A DNA stretch of 64,000 bases from Elusimicrobia bacterium GWB2_63_16 (GCA_001799715.1 MGTZ01000041.1:35420-99419), one strand, 5' to 3'; positions 40,674-50,720 are shown, numbered from the stretch's first letter. The notes: generated from the sequence alone by a model not told the origin. Numbers and translations: made by a program.

Positions 40674-41426
40674 ATGAAAAAACTCACTTTCCTGATAGCG
40701 ATAGCGGCCCTGCTCGGAGCCGGCCGCGCCAGCGCGCAGCAGTTCGACCTCTCCGGCCTGGACGCCGGCGACGTGCGCGCCGCGCAGTACGACTTCAGGG
40801 CCCCGGCCCCGCTGGCGGACGTTTCCGAGAAAGCCGCGCAGACGGGCAGCGGCCTGATAGGCCTGGATATAAACATCCGCGTGCCCTACAAGGTGATGAA
40901 GAACGCCGTGGAGTCCATGGCCGCCACGGAGCGCCGCCTGACCATCATAGACCGCAACGCCCCCGTGATCTTCAAGTACGGAGAGTTCCTGCGCATCAGC
41001 AACCTCAAGATAGACCAGGGCGGCATCATCATCATCCCCACGCTGACGCTCAAGCCCTATTTCAACGGCACCGACAAGCTGGCCGTGCGGGTGCAGCGCA
41101 TACAGCTGCACGCCTCCATGGAGCCTTCGGTGAAGTCCGCGCCGGCCCAGATAGACCAGGAGCAGATCATGACGCAGGTGATGGACGTGCTGATAAAGGG
41201 CGTCTACTCCGCCCTCGACGCCAAGCTGAAGGCCAAGAATATCCCGCTCAGGGCCCAGGACGTGGTCTCCCTGCGCTACGACAAGGCCGCCTGGACCCTG
41301 CACGCGCAGGTGTCCTCCCGCATCATGCGCGAGTTCGTGCCGGCCGGCCTCATCGGCGACCTGCACCTCACCGGCTTCTCTTTCAGCGATTCCGGCTTGG
41401 CCCTCAAGCTGCAGACCGCCAATTAA
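40674..41426 (+). CDS. Secreted hypothetical protein (paralog)
   Basis: Signal peptide; PTLTLKPYF / LRAQDV..YDKAAWTL match the upstream gene. Confidence 0.85.
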   Translation: MKKLTFLIAIAALLGAGRASAQQFDLSGLDAGDVRAAQYDFRAPAPLADVSEKAAQTGSGLIGLDINIRVPYKVMKNAVESMAATERRLTIIDRNAPVIFKYGEFLRISNLKIDQGGIIIIPTLTLKPYFNGTDKLAVRVQRIQLHASMEPSVKSAPAQIDQEQIMTQVMDVLIKGVYSALDAKLKAKNIPLRAQDVVSLRYDKAAWTLHAQVSSRIMREFVPAGLIGDLHLTGFSFSDSGLALKLQTAN

Positions 41427-41528
41427 GTCCGTCCCACAGCGTGAAGGGCCCCGCCTCGAGCGGGGCTTTTCATTTGCGGCCGCGGGAATTTCCTATAATC
41501 TAATGACTTTAACGCAGCCGGAGGACGC

Positions 41529-41936
41529 ATGCTTTTCGACAAAATGGGCGCGGACATGGTGAAGGCGATAATAGAGGCCATGCCGGCCGAGATCACGGTG
41601 ATAGACGCCAACGACGAGGTGGCGGGCTGGAACAAGCACGAGACCCGCATCTTCAAGCGGCCGATGACGGCGATGGGCATGAATTTCCGCCAGTGCCACC
41701 CCCAGAAGAGCCTGGAGATGGTGGAGCGGCTGATAGGCGAGATGAAGGCCGGCTCCCGCGACAAGGCCACCTTCTGGATAGACCTCGAGGTGGCGAAGGG
41801 CGAGCCCAAGCACAAGATGCTCATAGAGTTCTACGCCCTGCGCGACGACAAGGGCAAATATATCGGCTGCCTGGAATTCACCCAGGACGTGCAGGCCATC
41901 CGCGACCTGCAGGGCCAGAAACGCTTGATGGACTAG
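41529..41936 (+). CDS. Stand-alone PAS domain protein (PAS_10-like)
   Basis: MPAEITVIDAND, CHPQKS, FWI, GKYIGCLE. Confidence 0.85.
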   Translation: MLFDKMGADMVKAIIEAMPAEITVIDANDEVAGWNKHETRIFKRPMTAMGMNFRQCHPQKSLEMVERLIGEMKAGSRDKATFWIDLEVAKGEPKHKMLIEFYALRDDKGKYIGCLEFTQDVQAIRDLQGQKRLMD

Positions 41937-42007
41937 CGGGACCCGCGGCGAAGTATAAAAGAAGAAGCCGGACACGGGTCCGGCTTCTTTCTTTGTTAAG
42001 GAGGGGG

Positions 42008-42640
42008 CTATTTGGGTTTGTAGAGGCCGGGCCAGATGGGGGACAGCGAGCGCACGAAGGCGTCGGTGATGCCGGTCATTGCCGAGGCCACGTCGAAGCC
42101 CTCATAGGCCATGGAGGCCGACCACATGATGGAGCCGGTCTGCACGTCCACCATGCGAGACAGCAGCGACACGTTGGCCGTGGTGCTGAGCAGCTGCGAG
42201 TTGGGCAGGCCCATCACGGAGCCCTCGGAATATACGGTGCCGCCGCTGACCTGCGTCATGGTGGTGTTGCGCGGGTTGTCCGACTGATTGACTATATAGG
42301 AGCTCTGCGGCGTGCTCTCGGCTACCGTGCCCACGAACAGCGCGTCCACGCCCAGCAGCTTGCCCAGCTGCTTGGCGGTGGCCGGGTCGAAGGAGCCGGA
42401 GTCGGCCAGCGACTGCTCGCGCAATACGGCGTCCAGGCGCTGGCGCTCCACCACGTCGGCGCCGTGCATCAGCAGGCTCTGGGTCATCAGGTCGGCGGCC
42501 AGGTCGCCGCTGGGGCCGCTGAAAGAGATCACCGCCACGCGCTTTACCGAGGAGAAGTCCGAGCGGGGGTTCACGGCCACCCTGGGGGCGGCGCAGGCGG
42601 CTAGCAGCAGCAGGGCCGGCAGCAATAGTTGTTTTTTCAT
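42008..42640 (-). CDS. CsgG/HfaB-like lipoprotein
   Basis: Lipobox LAAC; VVERQRLDAVLREQ, GKLLGVDAL. Confidence 0.8.
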   Translation of the reverse strand: MKKQLLLPALLLLAACAAPRVAVNPRSDFSSVKRVAVISFSGPSGDLAADLMTQSLLMHGADVVERQRLDAVLREQSLADSGSFDPATAKQLGKLLGVDALFVGTVAESTPQSSYIVNQSDNPRNTTMTQVSGGTVYSEGSVMGLPNSQLLSTTANVSLLSRMVDVQTGSIMWSASMAYEGFDVASAMTGITDAFVRSLSPIWPGLYKPK

Positions 42641-42644
42641 GTTG

Positions 42645-43064
42645 TCAGTTGGCGTTGAGGTTGTTGAGGTGCTTGACCGCGGTATCCTTGAGCTTCTGCT
42701 CCGCGGCGGTCTCCAGGCAGGCCTTCCAGGCCGCTATGGCCTTTTCCTTGAGGCCTTTCTTCTCGTAGATGAGGCCCAGCATGTAATGGGCTATGGCTTT
42801 GCGGGGGTCCAGCCGGACGGCGCCCTCGAAGGCATGCTGCGCGGCATCGGCGCGGCCCAGGCGGGTATAGGTGAAGCCCAGCTTCACGTGCAGTTCCACG
42901 CTGGCCGGCTGCAGGGTCAGCGCCTGCTCCAGCTCCACGGCGGTCTTGCTTAGTTCGGCCTGGGTCTGCAGGCGTATGTCCTTCTCCGGGCCGGTCTGCG
43001 GAGCGGTCTGGGCGGCCAGCGGCAGGGCGCAGGCCAGCAACAGGGCTGTGAATAAATAGTTCAT
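42645..43064 (-). CDS. Secreted TPR protein
   Basis: Signal peptide from MNYLF; canonical TPR motifs. Confidence 0.85.
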   Translation of the reverse strand: MNYLFTALLLACALPLAAQTAPQTGPEKDIRLQTQAELSKTAVELEQALTLQPASVELHVKLGFTYTRLGRADAAQHAFEGAVRLDPRKAIAHYMLGLIYEKKGLKEKAIAAWKACLETAAEQKLKDTAVKHLNNLNAN

Positions 43065-43151
43065 AATAGTCTCCTGAAAGTAGCATATAAAATACGGCGG
43101 GGCTTGTGTAGTGCCGGTCCCGAGTGCTACCATTTGCGCAAGGAGACACAC

Positions 43152-43523
43152 ATGGAATTCACCTTCTCTCACAACAATCTCAACGTGCTGGACCTGGAAA
43201 AAAGCCTGAAGTTCTACAAGGAGGCGCTGGGCCTGCGCGAGACTCGCCGCAAGCAGGCGGCCGACGGCAGCTACACTCTGGTCTTCCTGGGCGACGGCGC
43301 CACCCCGCACAAACTGGAGCTGACCTGGCTGCGCGACAGGAAGGAAAAGTACGACCTGGGCGACAACGAGATACACCTGGCCTTCACCACCCCCGACTAC
43401 GCCGGGGCGCATGCCCTGCACAAGGGCATGGGTTGCGTCTGTTTCGAGAACGAGGCCATGGGCATCTATTTCATAGTGGACCCGGACGGCTACTGGCTGG
43501 AAATACTGCCGGAGAAGCAATGA
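43152..43523 (+). CDS. Lactoylglutathione lyase / VOC family
   Basis: HNNLNV.DLEKSLKFY, LELTW, HLAF, DPDGYWLE. Confidence 0.9.
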   Translation: MEFTFSHNNLNVLDLEKSLKFYKEALGLRETRRKQAADGSYTLVFLGDGATPHKLELTWLRDRKEKYDLGDNEIHLAFTTPDYAGAHALHKGMGCVCFENEAMGIYFIVDPDGYWLEILPEKQ

Positions 43524-43744
43524 ACAATTGCCCGCGCTGCGGCGCCCCCATAGAGGGCGGCAGGGCCTACTGCTCCAACCCGGCCTGCGGGGCCGCGCCC
43601 TCACAGGCCGCCCCCGCGTCCAGGAAGGTGCTGGATAAAAAAATAGAACTAAAGCTGACCTTCGACTTCGCCCTGGTAGCCCGCCTGGCGGCTGTCCTGA
43701 TCGTGCTGATAGCCGCCGCCCTGCTGTATTTCGCCCGCCGCTGA
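43520..43744 (+). CDS. Zinc-ribbon membrane protein
   Basis: CPRC...CSNPAC plus a C-terminal TM segment. Confidence 0.7.
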   Translation: MNNCPRCGAPIEGGRAYCSNPACGAAPSQAAPASRKVLDKKIELKLTFDFALVARLAAVLIVLIAAALLYFARR

Positions 43745-43752
43745 CCCCAGAT

Positions 43753-44922
43753 ATGGAACGACGCATAGTGCACGTGGACATGGACGCCTTTTTCGCGGCC
43801 ATAGAGGTGCGGGATAACCCCTCGCTGAAGGGGAAGCCCGTCATCATAGGGGCCGATCCCAAGGGCGGGCGCGGGCGGGGCGTGGTCTCCACCTGCTCCT
43901 ATGAGGCGCGCAAGTTCGGGGTGCGTTCGGCCATGCCCATCTCCGAGGCCTGGCGCCGCTGCCCGCGCGGGGTTTTCCTGCCCCCGGATTTCCATAAGTA
44001 CGAGGAGGCCTCGGGCAAGATCCGGGCGGTCTTCTTCGAGTTCACCCCCGACGTGGAGCAGGTCAGCATAGACGAGGCTTTCCTGGATATCACGCGCAGC
44101 GCCCACCTGTTCGGCGGGCCGCTGGAGACCTGCCGCCGCATCAAGGCGCGGGTGAAAGAGGAGACCGGCCTCTCCTGCTCGGTAGGCCTGGCCCCCACCA
44201 AGATGGCCGCCAAGATAGCCTCGGACCTGAAGAAGCCCGACGGCCTGGTGGAGGTGCGCGAGGCGGGGCTGCGCGCCTTCCTGGCCCCGCTGGATATTTC
44301 AAAACTCTGGGGGCTGGGGCCCAAGACGGCCGCCCTGCTGCGCGAGCGCGGCGTGAACACGGTGGGGGAGCTGGCCGCGGCCGGGCCGGAGGCGCTGGGC
44401 GGCCTGGGGTCGCAAGGGGCGTCGCTGCGGGAGCTGGCGCTGGGCGAGGACCCGCGCGAGGTGCGCGAGGATGGCGAGACCAAGTCGGTGGGCAACGAGA
44501 CCACTTTCGGGACCGACACCGGGGACGCGCGCGAGATAAAGTCTTCGCTGCTGGCGCTGGCCGACAAGGTGTCCTCCCGGTTGCGCGAGGCCGGCCTCAA
44601 GGGCCGCACCGTGACGCTGAAGCTGCGGCTGGAAGGTTTCGAGACCTATACCAGGGCGCGCACGCTGCCGCTCTCTACCAACTACGCGGACGTGATAGCC
44701 CGGGAGGTATTGGCTCTCTATGAGGCTTTCGACAAGGGTCGCCGGCGGGTGCGGCTGCTGGGCGTGAAGGTTTCCGGCCTGATGCCGGCCGGTGAGCGGG
44801 AGAGCCTGTTCGAGGACGAGCTGGACGGGCGGCGGGAGAAAGCCCATAAGGCCATAGAGGCCATCAGGGGGAAGTTCGGGCATTCCTCCATCTACAGGGC
44901 CGGCGGTAAGAAGGAAATTTAG
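43753..44922 (+). CDS. dinB: DNA polymerase IV
   Basis: HVDMDAFFA, SYEARKFGV, SIDEAFLD, KPDG. Confidence 0.96.
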   Translation: MERRIVHVDMDAFFAAIEVRDNPSLKGKPVIIGADPKGGRGRGVVSTCSYEARKFGVRSAMPISEAWRRCPRGVFLPPDFHKYEEASGKIRAVFFEFTPDVEQVSIDEAFLDITRSAHLFGGPLETCRRIKARVKEETGLSCSVGLAPTKMAAKIASDLKKPDGLVEVREAGLRAFLAPLDISKLWGLGPKTAALLRERGVNTVGELAAAGPEALGGLGSQGASLRELALGEDPREVREDGETKSVGNETTFGTDTGDAREIKSSLLALADKVSSRLREAGLKGRTVTLKLRLEGFETYTRARTLPLSTNYADVIAREVLALYEAFDKGRRRVRLLGVKVSGLMPAGERESLFEDELDGRREKAHKAIEAIRGKFGHSSIYRAGGKKEI

Positions 44923-44926
44923 CGGT

Positions 44927-45544
44927 TCAGGAACGCCAGCCCGTCAGGGCGGCCAGGTAAGTCTTCCATTTGGCTTCGAGGGCGGCCGGGGAGGTGGAGC
45001 CTTCCGGCGCCGAGGCGGCGTAGAGCATGGCGCCGAAGAGGGCGTCCTGCAGTATCTCCGCCACCGCCTCGGGCTTGTCCTGCAGTTTGAAAAGGCCTTC
45101 GCGCGCGCCGGCCAGCAAGTGCTCCATGATGCGCTCGCGGCCTTTGGCTATCATCCCTTCGAAAAGTTCCGAGAAATTCCTGCCGCGGCCGGCGAGGTAG
45201 TAAAGAAGTATGAGTATCTGCGCGTCCTGCCTGCGGTAGCGCAGCGCCCAGGTCACGTTGCCCACGCAATGCTTGAGCAGCCGGCGGCCGGCGTCGTCCT
45301 TGATATCGGCCAGCCCGGCCACCACGTCATGGTTGCGCCGCACGATGGCCCGCACCAGCTCGGCGAACAGGGCGTTCTTGTCGGGGAAATGGTACATGAC
45401 CGCGGACTGGCTGAGGCCTATGTCGTCGGCTATCATCTGGAAGCTGGCGTCGGCGAAGCCGTGCCTGGCGGCCAGCTTTATAGCCGACTCCACGATGCGC
45501 TGACGCGTCCTGCCGCCTTTGGCCGTTTCGGGGCGCTGGGTCAT
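44927..45544 (-). CDS. TetR/AcrR family regulator
   Basis: N-terminal HTH IADDIGLSQSAVMYHFPDK. Confidence 0.9.
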   Translation of the reverse strand: MTQRPETAKGGRTRQRIVESAIKLAARHGFADASFQMIADDIGLSQSAVMYHFPDKNALFAELVRAIVRRNHDVVAGLADIKDDAGRRLLKHCVGNVTWALRYRRQDAQILILLYYLAGRGRNFSELFEGMIAKGRERIMEHLLAGAREGLFKLQDKPEAVAEILQDALFGAMLYAASAPEGSTSPAALEAKWKTYLAALTGWRS

Positions 45545-45702
45545 GCGAAAATTTTACCTTATTTCAGCCCCCGCCGCCCCGCGGGGGGGCCGGAGGGCCC
45601 AGGCGGGCCAGGGCCCTCGGGCCCGTGACAAAAAGGCCGGCATAGAATACAATGTAATACACGGAAATAACAAAGTTGTGCGCGGATAGAACGGAGGAAC
45701 GG

Positions 45703-46167
45703 ATGGCGAAAATACTGCTGGCGGTACTGGTCCTGGCGGCGCTGGCGCGGCCCTCGGCGGCGGCGGACCCCTCGGTGGACGCGCTGGCCGGCTCGCCGGT
45801 GTTCTCGGACCAGGCTTTCCAGGATTTCGTCGAGACCGTCTACGGCTATAAAGGCCCGGCCGGCGACGCGCTGCGCGCCCCGGCTTACCGCGACGCCGTG
45901 GCCGCCCCCGCGCCGGTCCCCAAAAAGGGCGCCTATGTTTACGTCAGCATACTGCCCCGCCTGGCCGGCGGCGCCGCCCTGGCGGCCGAGCTGGAGCGCA
46001 GCGCGGGTTTTATCCTTACCGGCCGCCGCTACCTGGTGTCCGGCGGGGTAAAGCGGGTGCGCCTCAACGGCTGGGTTAAGGCCTGGGCCGTGGAGGCCCT
46101 GCGCTACAACCCCGGCGTGGCCGGCCTGCGCGTAGGCTTCGCCAAACCGCCGGCCGCCGCTCTTTAA
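45703..46167 (+). CDS. Secreted hypothetical protein
   Basis: RBS GGAGG; signal peptide. Confidence 0.7.
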   Translation: MAKILLAVLVLAALARPSAAADPSVDALAGSPVFSDQAFQDFVETVYGYKGPAGDALRAPAYRDAVAAPAPVPKKGAYVYVSILPRLAGGAALAAELERSAGFILTGRRYLVSGGVKRVRLNGWVKAWAVEALRYNPGVAGLRVGFAKPPAAAL

Positions 46168-46198
46168 GGTTTTGCCGGCGGTTCAATTTTAATAATAT

Positions 46199-46636
46199 AT
46201 GGGTATGCCTATATCCAAAGTCTTAGAGTACGTGCAGGCCGTCAAGCCCGAAGAAATAGACGGGTTGGGCCACGTGAATAACCAGGTCTACCTGGACTGG
46301 CTCATGTGCGCCGCCACCAGGCATTCCGAAGTGGTGGGGTGGGATATAGATAAGCTTATCGCGATGGGGGAGGGCTGGGTGGTGCGGCGGCACGAGGTGG
46401 ACTATCTGCTGCCGGTGCTGCCGGGCGACTCTTTCCGCATGCGCACCTGGATAGAGACCGCAGAGCGGGCTTCCTCCGAGCGGCGCTACGAGGTGTTCAG
46501 GCTCTCCGACGGCCGCCTGGCCTGTTCGGGCAGGACCCTCTGGGTCTGGATAAATTACAAGACGGGCCGCCCGGCCCGCATTCCCGCCGCGGTTATCAAG
46601 GATTTTACCGACTGGAGCCCGGCCCCGGCGAATTAG
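46199..46636 (+). CDS. Acyl-CoA thioesterase (4HBT family)
   Basis: IDGLGHVNNQVY motif. Confidence 0.9.
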   Translation: MGMPISKVLEYVQAVKPEEIDGLGHVNNQVYLDWLMCAATRHSEVVGWDIDKLIAMGEGWVVRRHEVDYLLPVLPGDSFRMRTWIETAERASSERRYEVFRLSDGRLACSGRTLWVWINYKTGRPARIPAAVIKDFTDWSPAPAN

Positions 46637-47144
46637 CGCCGGCTGCCTTTTCCGCCCTCTCCTGTTCCACCGTTATCATTATTTTAGCGCAGGCTTCGGC
46701 GTCCGAGAGGGCGTTGTGATGCTTCAGCGGTATGCTGAGGTGGTGGCAGACATGCGACAGCGTGGACGGCTTGAGCAGCAGCTCTTTCCTGGCCAGCTGC
46801 ACCGTGCAGACGAAGGGCTGCGGCGGCGCCTGCAGGCCGGCCGCGGCGCAGCAGGCGTACAGTACTCCCCTGTCGAAAGGCGCGTTATGCGCCGCGATGA
46901 AATCTATACCCTCGAAGAGATACGCCAATTCCGGCCAGACCCCGGCGAAGTCCGGCTCGCCGGCCACTTGCTTCCAGGTTATATTGTGTATGTGAGTGAA
47001 CAGGATCTGGCGCCGCGGCGGGCGTATCAGCCTGTAGGCGGTGCGGGCTATTTTCCCGTTCTCGACGCGCGCCAGGCCCACGGCGCAGGCGGAATCCCGG
47101 CCGTGGTCGGCCGTCTCGAAATCTATGGCGGTAAAGGCCGGCAT
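46605..47144 (-). CDS. DEDDh 3'-5' exonuclease (Pol III epsilon-like)
   Basis: IDFETA, AHNAPFD, HHNALSDA. Confidence 0.92.
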   Translation of the reverse strand: MPAFTAIDFETADHGRDSACAVGLARVENGKIARTAYRLIRPPRRQILFTHIHNITWKQVAGEPDFAGVWPELAYLFEGIDFIAAHNAPFDRGVLYACCAAAGLQAPPQPFVCTVQLARKELLLKPSTLSHVCHHLSIPLKHHNALSDAEACAKIMITVEQERAEKAAGANSPGPGSSR

Positions 47145-47878
47145 CAGGGGGCGGGGACCGCCGCGAGGCGGCCCTCGTAGTAGGCGAAATATTCGGTGAC
47201 CTTGGTCACGTAGTTGCGCGTCTCCTTGAAAGGGGGGACGTCGTCGTACTTGCGCACGTTGCCCTGGCCGGCGTTATAGGCCGCTATGGACATGCGCGAG
47301 GCCTTCCTGGCCATGTCCTCCGGGGTAAGTTCCGTAGGGGCCATGTCGCCGAACTCTCCCCACAGGTATTTGAGGTATTTGACGCCGTACTTGATGTTGA
47401 CGGCGGGGGTGGTGAGCTTGGAGGTGTCCTTGAGCCCCAGCCACTTGGCGGTGGAGGGCAGCAGCTGCATCAGGCCGACCGCGCCGGCGGCGCTGCGGGC
47501 CTTGGGGTTGAAGGTGGATTCTTTCTGTATCACGGCCAGGACCAGTGCCAGGTCCACGCCCTGCGCCGCGGCCTCGGCCCGGGCGGTCTCCAGAAAAGGT
47601 ATCGGCTTCTCGGCCGGGACGGATTTGGAGAAGCCGCCCTCCCGTTCCCAGGGGATGTAGAGTTCGGCTCCGGGTTCGTGTTCGGCCTCGGGCTTCACCA
47701 GGAAATCGAAGTCGGCCCGCAGCGCCTCGCTGCCGGGTTCCTCTTCGGCGCTGGCGGGGGACACGGCCGGCACTTCAATGCCGGAGGCGTCGCCGTACTC
47801 CGACAGCTGGGAGAGCGACTGGGCGCCGGCGGGAGCGGCGGCGCAGAGCAGCAGGGCGGGCAGGATGTGGTTGATCAT
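47144..47878 (-). CDS. Lytic transglycosylase (SLT domain), secreted
   Basis: ES.F, GAVGLMQL, AAYNAG, ETRNYV. Confidence 0.92.
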   Translation of the reverse strand: MINHILPALLLCAAAPAGAQSLSQLSEYGDASGIEVPAVSPASAEEEPGSEALRADFDFLVKPEAEHEPGAELYIPWEREGGFSKSVPAEKPIPFLETARAEAAAQGVDLALVLAVIQKESTFNPKARSAAGAVGLMQLLPSTAKWLGLKDTSKLTTPAVNIKYGVKYLKYLWGEFGDMAPTELTPEDMARKASRMSIAAYNAGQGNVRKYDDVPPFKETRNYVTKVTEYFAYYEGRLAAVPAP

Positions 47879-47893
47879 AAAAAGCCTCAAGAT

Positions 47894-47922
47894 AGTGTAT
47901 TTGACACGTCAATACTTGTCAA
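47894..47922 (-). promoter_or_regulatory. Promoter of SLT gene with internal palindrome
   Basis: TTGACA-N17-TACACT; TTGAC-AC-GTCAA (47901-47912) lies in the spacer. Confidence 0.6.
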
Positions 47923-47991
47923 GGGCCTGGCGGGCAGGCGCAAAAAAACGCGGCGGGCCGGGCCGCCGCGTCCTTTCGTCCCTTACGGGGC

Positions 47992-48894
47992 TTACTTAAG
48001 AATGTCGGTCTTCTGCACCGCGGCCTTGGTCTCGGCTATGGAGAACTTGGGGTTGACCTTTACCACCTTGGCCGTCCCTATCTTCTCCTCCTCCGAGCCC
48101 AGCGATTCGCCGGTGTCCGGGTCCACCATGTCCTCGCCCATGCGGTAGATGCCGTAGACCTTGCCTGCCTTCTCGCCGTCCGCTCCGCCGGAGTTGATGT
48201 AGACCTGGTTGCCGGTGACCTTTATGATCTTCACGGCCCCGCCGCCGCCTTCGTCGAAAGCTTTGGTGAGTTCCTTGACCACGCTTTCTACCGCCTCGCG
48301 GGCGGCCTTGCCGATGATGGTCTCGTCGAAGCCGTCCTTGCCGAAGTCGAAGTCGGGCGCTATGCTGAGGTCGCCGGAGAACTCGGCGCTGGACTTCTTG
48401 CCCTCGCCCTTGGCCGCCGCCACGATCTGGGCGGAGGTGGTGTCGATGGCCCTGATATCTATGGCCGCGCGGGCGGTGTTCTTGGACATCTTGGCCCCGC
48501 CGCCGAAAGGCAGCACCTTCTCCAGGCCGCCCACTCCGATCTTGCTGTCCTTGACGCCGAACTCGGTGATGGAGCCGGTGATGATATAGTTGGCGCCCAG
48601 CAGGCGGCCTATCTTGGCAGCGGTCTGCGCGGTGACGGCGCCCGAGGCGCCCAGCCGCTGTTCGTCGAGCACCTTCTCCAGCTTCTCCCTTTCTATAAGG
48701 GTGTATTTTTTGGTCTCGGCCAGGGCCGTGACCATCATGTCGGCCACGCCGGTGCCCACGTTCTGCCAGCTGTGGCTGTGGCTGGATTTGTCCTCCAGTT
48801 CCATGACGCAGACTATCTTCTTGCCGGCGCAGAAGCCCGGCGCCGCCGCGGCCAGCAACAGCGAAATAGAGACGAGAATTGTCCGTTTATTCAT
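47992..48894 (-). CDS. CsgG/HfaB family protein with FlgT-C-like domain
   Basis: IEREKLEKVLDEQ, GRLLGANYIITGSITEF, DPDTGESLG. Confidence 0.85.
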   Translation of the reverse strand: MNKRTILVSISLLLAAAAPGFCAGKKIVCVMELEDKSSHSHSWQNVGTGVADMMVTALAETKKYTLIEREKLEKVLDEQRLGASGAVTAQTAAKIGRLLGANYIITGSITEFGVKDSKIGVGGLEKVLPFGGGAKMSKNTARAAIDIRAIDTTSAQIVAAAKGEGKKSSAEFSGDLSIAPDFDFGKDGFDETIIGKAAREAVESVVKELTKAFDEGGGGAVKIIKVTGNQVYINSGGADGEKAGKVYGIYRMGEDMVDPDTGESLGSEEEKIGTAKVVKVNPKFSIAETKAAVQKTDILK

Positions 48895-48988
48895 TTTTTT
48901 CCTCCCTTAACTGCCCGTCGTCAAATAATAGCAAAAAAATGCGCCGCCGCTAATTTTGTAAAATACAGGGGCTAGTTAAGGAGGCAAG

Positions 48989-49876
48989 ATGGCTTTCGCT
49001 AAAAGAACCATGATTTTCCTGGGCGTCAACGCCCTGATACTGCTGACGCTGTCGTTCACGCTGAGACTGCTGGGCATAGGTCATTATTTCACCGCCCGGG
49101 GCATAGATTATAATTCCCTGCTCGCGTTCTGCCTGGTCTGGGGCATGGGCGGCGCCTTCATCTCGCTGGCGCTGTCGCGCGTGCTGGCCAAGTGGATGAT
49201 GGGCGTGCGGGTGATAGACCCGAACACCTCCGAGCCGGAGCTGCGCGAGCTGGTGGCCACCGTGCACCGCCTGGCCAGCGCGGCCGGTCTGCCCGAGATG
49301 CCCGAGGTGGGCTGGTACCCCAGCCCCGAGGTCAACGCTTTCGCCACCGGCCCCACCAGGAGCCGCGCGCTGGTGGCCGTCTCCGCCGGCCTGCTGGAGC
49401 GCATGGACCGCTCCGCGGTGGAGGGGGTGCTGGGCCACGAGATAGCCCATGTCGCCAACGGCGACATGGTCACCATGACGCTGGTGCAGGGCGTGATCAA
49501 CGCGCTGGTGATGTTCCTGGCCCGCGTGATAGCCTTCTTCCTGGCCAACCGCGGCCGCTCCGACGACAGCAGCGCCGCGCCGAGCTACTTCATAATCTTC
49601 ATCCTGGAAATGGCGCTGAGCGCGCTGGGCATGATAGCCGTGGCCGCCTTCTCGCGCTACCGCGAGTACCGCGCCGACGCCGGCGGGGCGGAGCTGGCCG
49701 GCCGCCAGAAGATGATAGGCGCCCTCGAAGCCCTGCAGCGGACCACCGCGCTGGTGGACCTGACCGGCAAGGAGTCCCTGGCCACGCTGAAGATCTCCGG
49801 CAAGCGCAAGTTCTCGCTGTTCGCCACGCACCCGCCGCTGGACGAGCGCATAGCCCGCCTGAAGGCCATGGTTTAA
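48989..49876 (+). CDS. htpX: Membrane Zn protease HtpX
   Basis: NAFATG, HEIAH, NGDMVT, SRYREYRAD, THPPL..RI. Confidence 0.95.
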   Translation: MAFAKRTMIFLGVNALILLTLSFTLRLLGIGHYFTARGIDYNSLLAFCLVWGMGGAFISLALSRVLAKWMMGVRVIDPNTSEPELRELVATVHRLASAAGLPEMPEVGWYPSPEVNAFATGPTRSRALVAVSAGLLERMDRSAVEGVLGHEIAHVANGDMVTMTLVQGVINALVMFLARVIAFFLANRGRSDDSSAAPSYFIIFILEMALSALGMIAVAAFSRYREYRADAGGAELAGRQKMIGALEALQRTTALVDLTGKESLATLKISGKRKFSLFATHPPLDERIARLKAMV

Positions 49877-49949
49877 GACCCCGCGCCCTGGAATACCGCC
49901 CGCCCCCGCGGGCGGTATTTTTTTGCCCTATTATTTGGGATAATGGGGT

Positions 49950-50720
49950 ATGAGCAGGCTGAACCTGAAATATCTATTCCTCTCCTCCGCGGCCCTGCTC
50001 CTCCTTTCCTGGTACATGTATTCCAGCACCTACAAGCGCGTGGGGCCGCTGCTGCCTGCCACCCACGCGGCGCCGTTGCAGGAGCCGCTGCCCGGGACGG
50101 CGCAGGCTCCTTCCTGCTGTAAGGGACCGTACTGCTGGCAGTTCACCCCGCTGCACGAGTATGCCGTCACCGGCCTGGCCTTCGGCATCTCGCATAAACT
50201 TTCCAGCGACTTCGACGACGTAATGGCCGCGGACGTGGGCCTGCTGTGGGGCGAGAACGCCGCGAAGGAATTGTACCGCGACGTGAAGCTGCGCGTGATG
50301 ATGGACCACTACGAGGTCTGGTGGAAGGACGGCCAGCGTTTCAGCCTGCGCGACGCGGCCAATACCCACCTGGCCTCCTGCGACGACGGGGCCTTTGCCG
50401 CCGCGAAGAAGATCCGGCCCGGTGACCAGGTGCGCATACGCGGCTGGCTGGTGAACGCCAAAGCCTTTAAAGAGCCCGGCGAGACGGACCCGCGCAAGAT
50501 CCTCTCCTGGTTCAGCAGCGTCACCCGCGAGGACAGGGGGGAGGGCGCCTGCGAATTGCTCTACGTCCGCTCCGCCGACGACATAGAGATACTGGAGAAG
50601 GGGCCGCGCTTCTGGGCCTGGACCCGCTGGCTGGGCGGCGCTGGGATGCTCCTCGCGGTATTCCTGTGGCACCGGCGCCTGAAGGCGCATCTGGCGGCGG
50701 TCAGTAAAGTCGATTTTTGA
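49950..50720 (+). CDS. Hypothetical membrane-anchored protein
   Basis: TM segments at both ends; ANTHL, GACE motifs. Confidence 0.75.
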   Translation: MSRLNLKYLFLSSAALLLLSWYMYSSTYKRVGPLLPATHAAPLQEPLPGTAQAPSCCKGPYCWQFTPLHEYAVTGLAFGISHKLSSDFDDVMAADVGLLWGENAAKELYRDVKLRVMMDHYEVWWKDGQRFSLRDAANTHLASCDDGAFAAAKKIRPGDQVRIRGWLVNAKAFKEPGETDPRKILSWFSSVTREDRGEGACELLYVRSADDIEILEKGPRFWAWTRWLGGAGMLLAVFLWHRRLKAHLAAVSKVDF

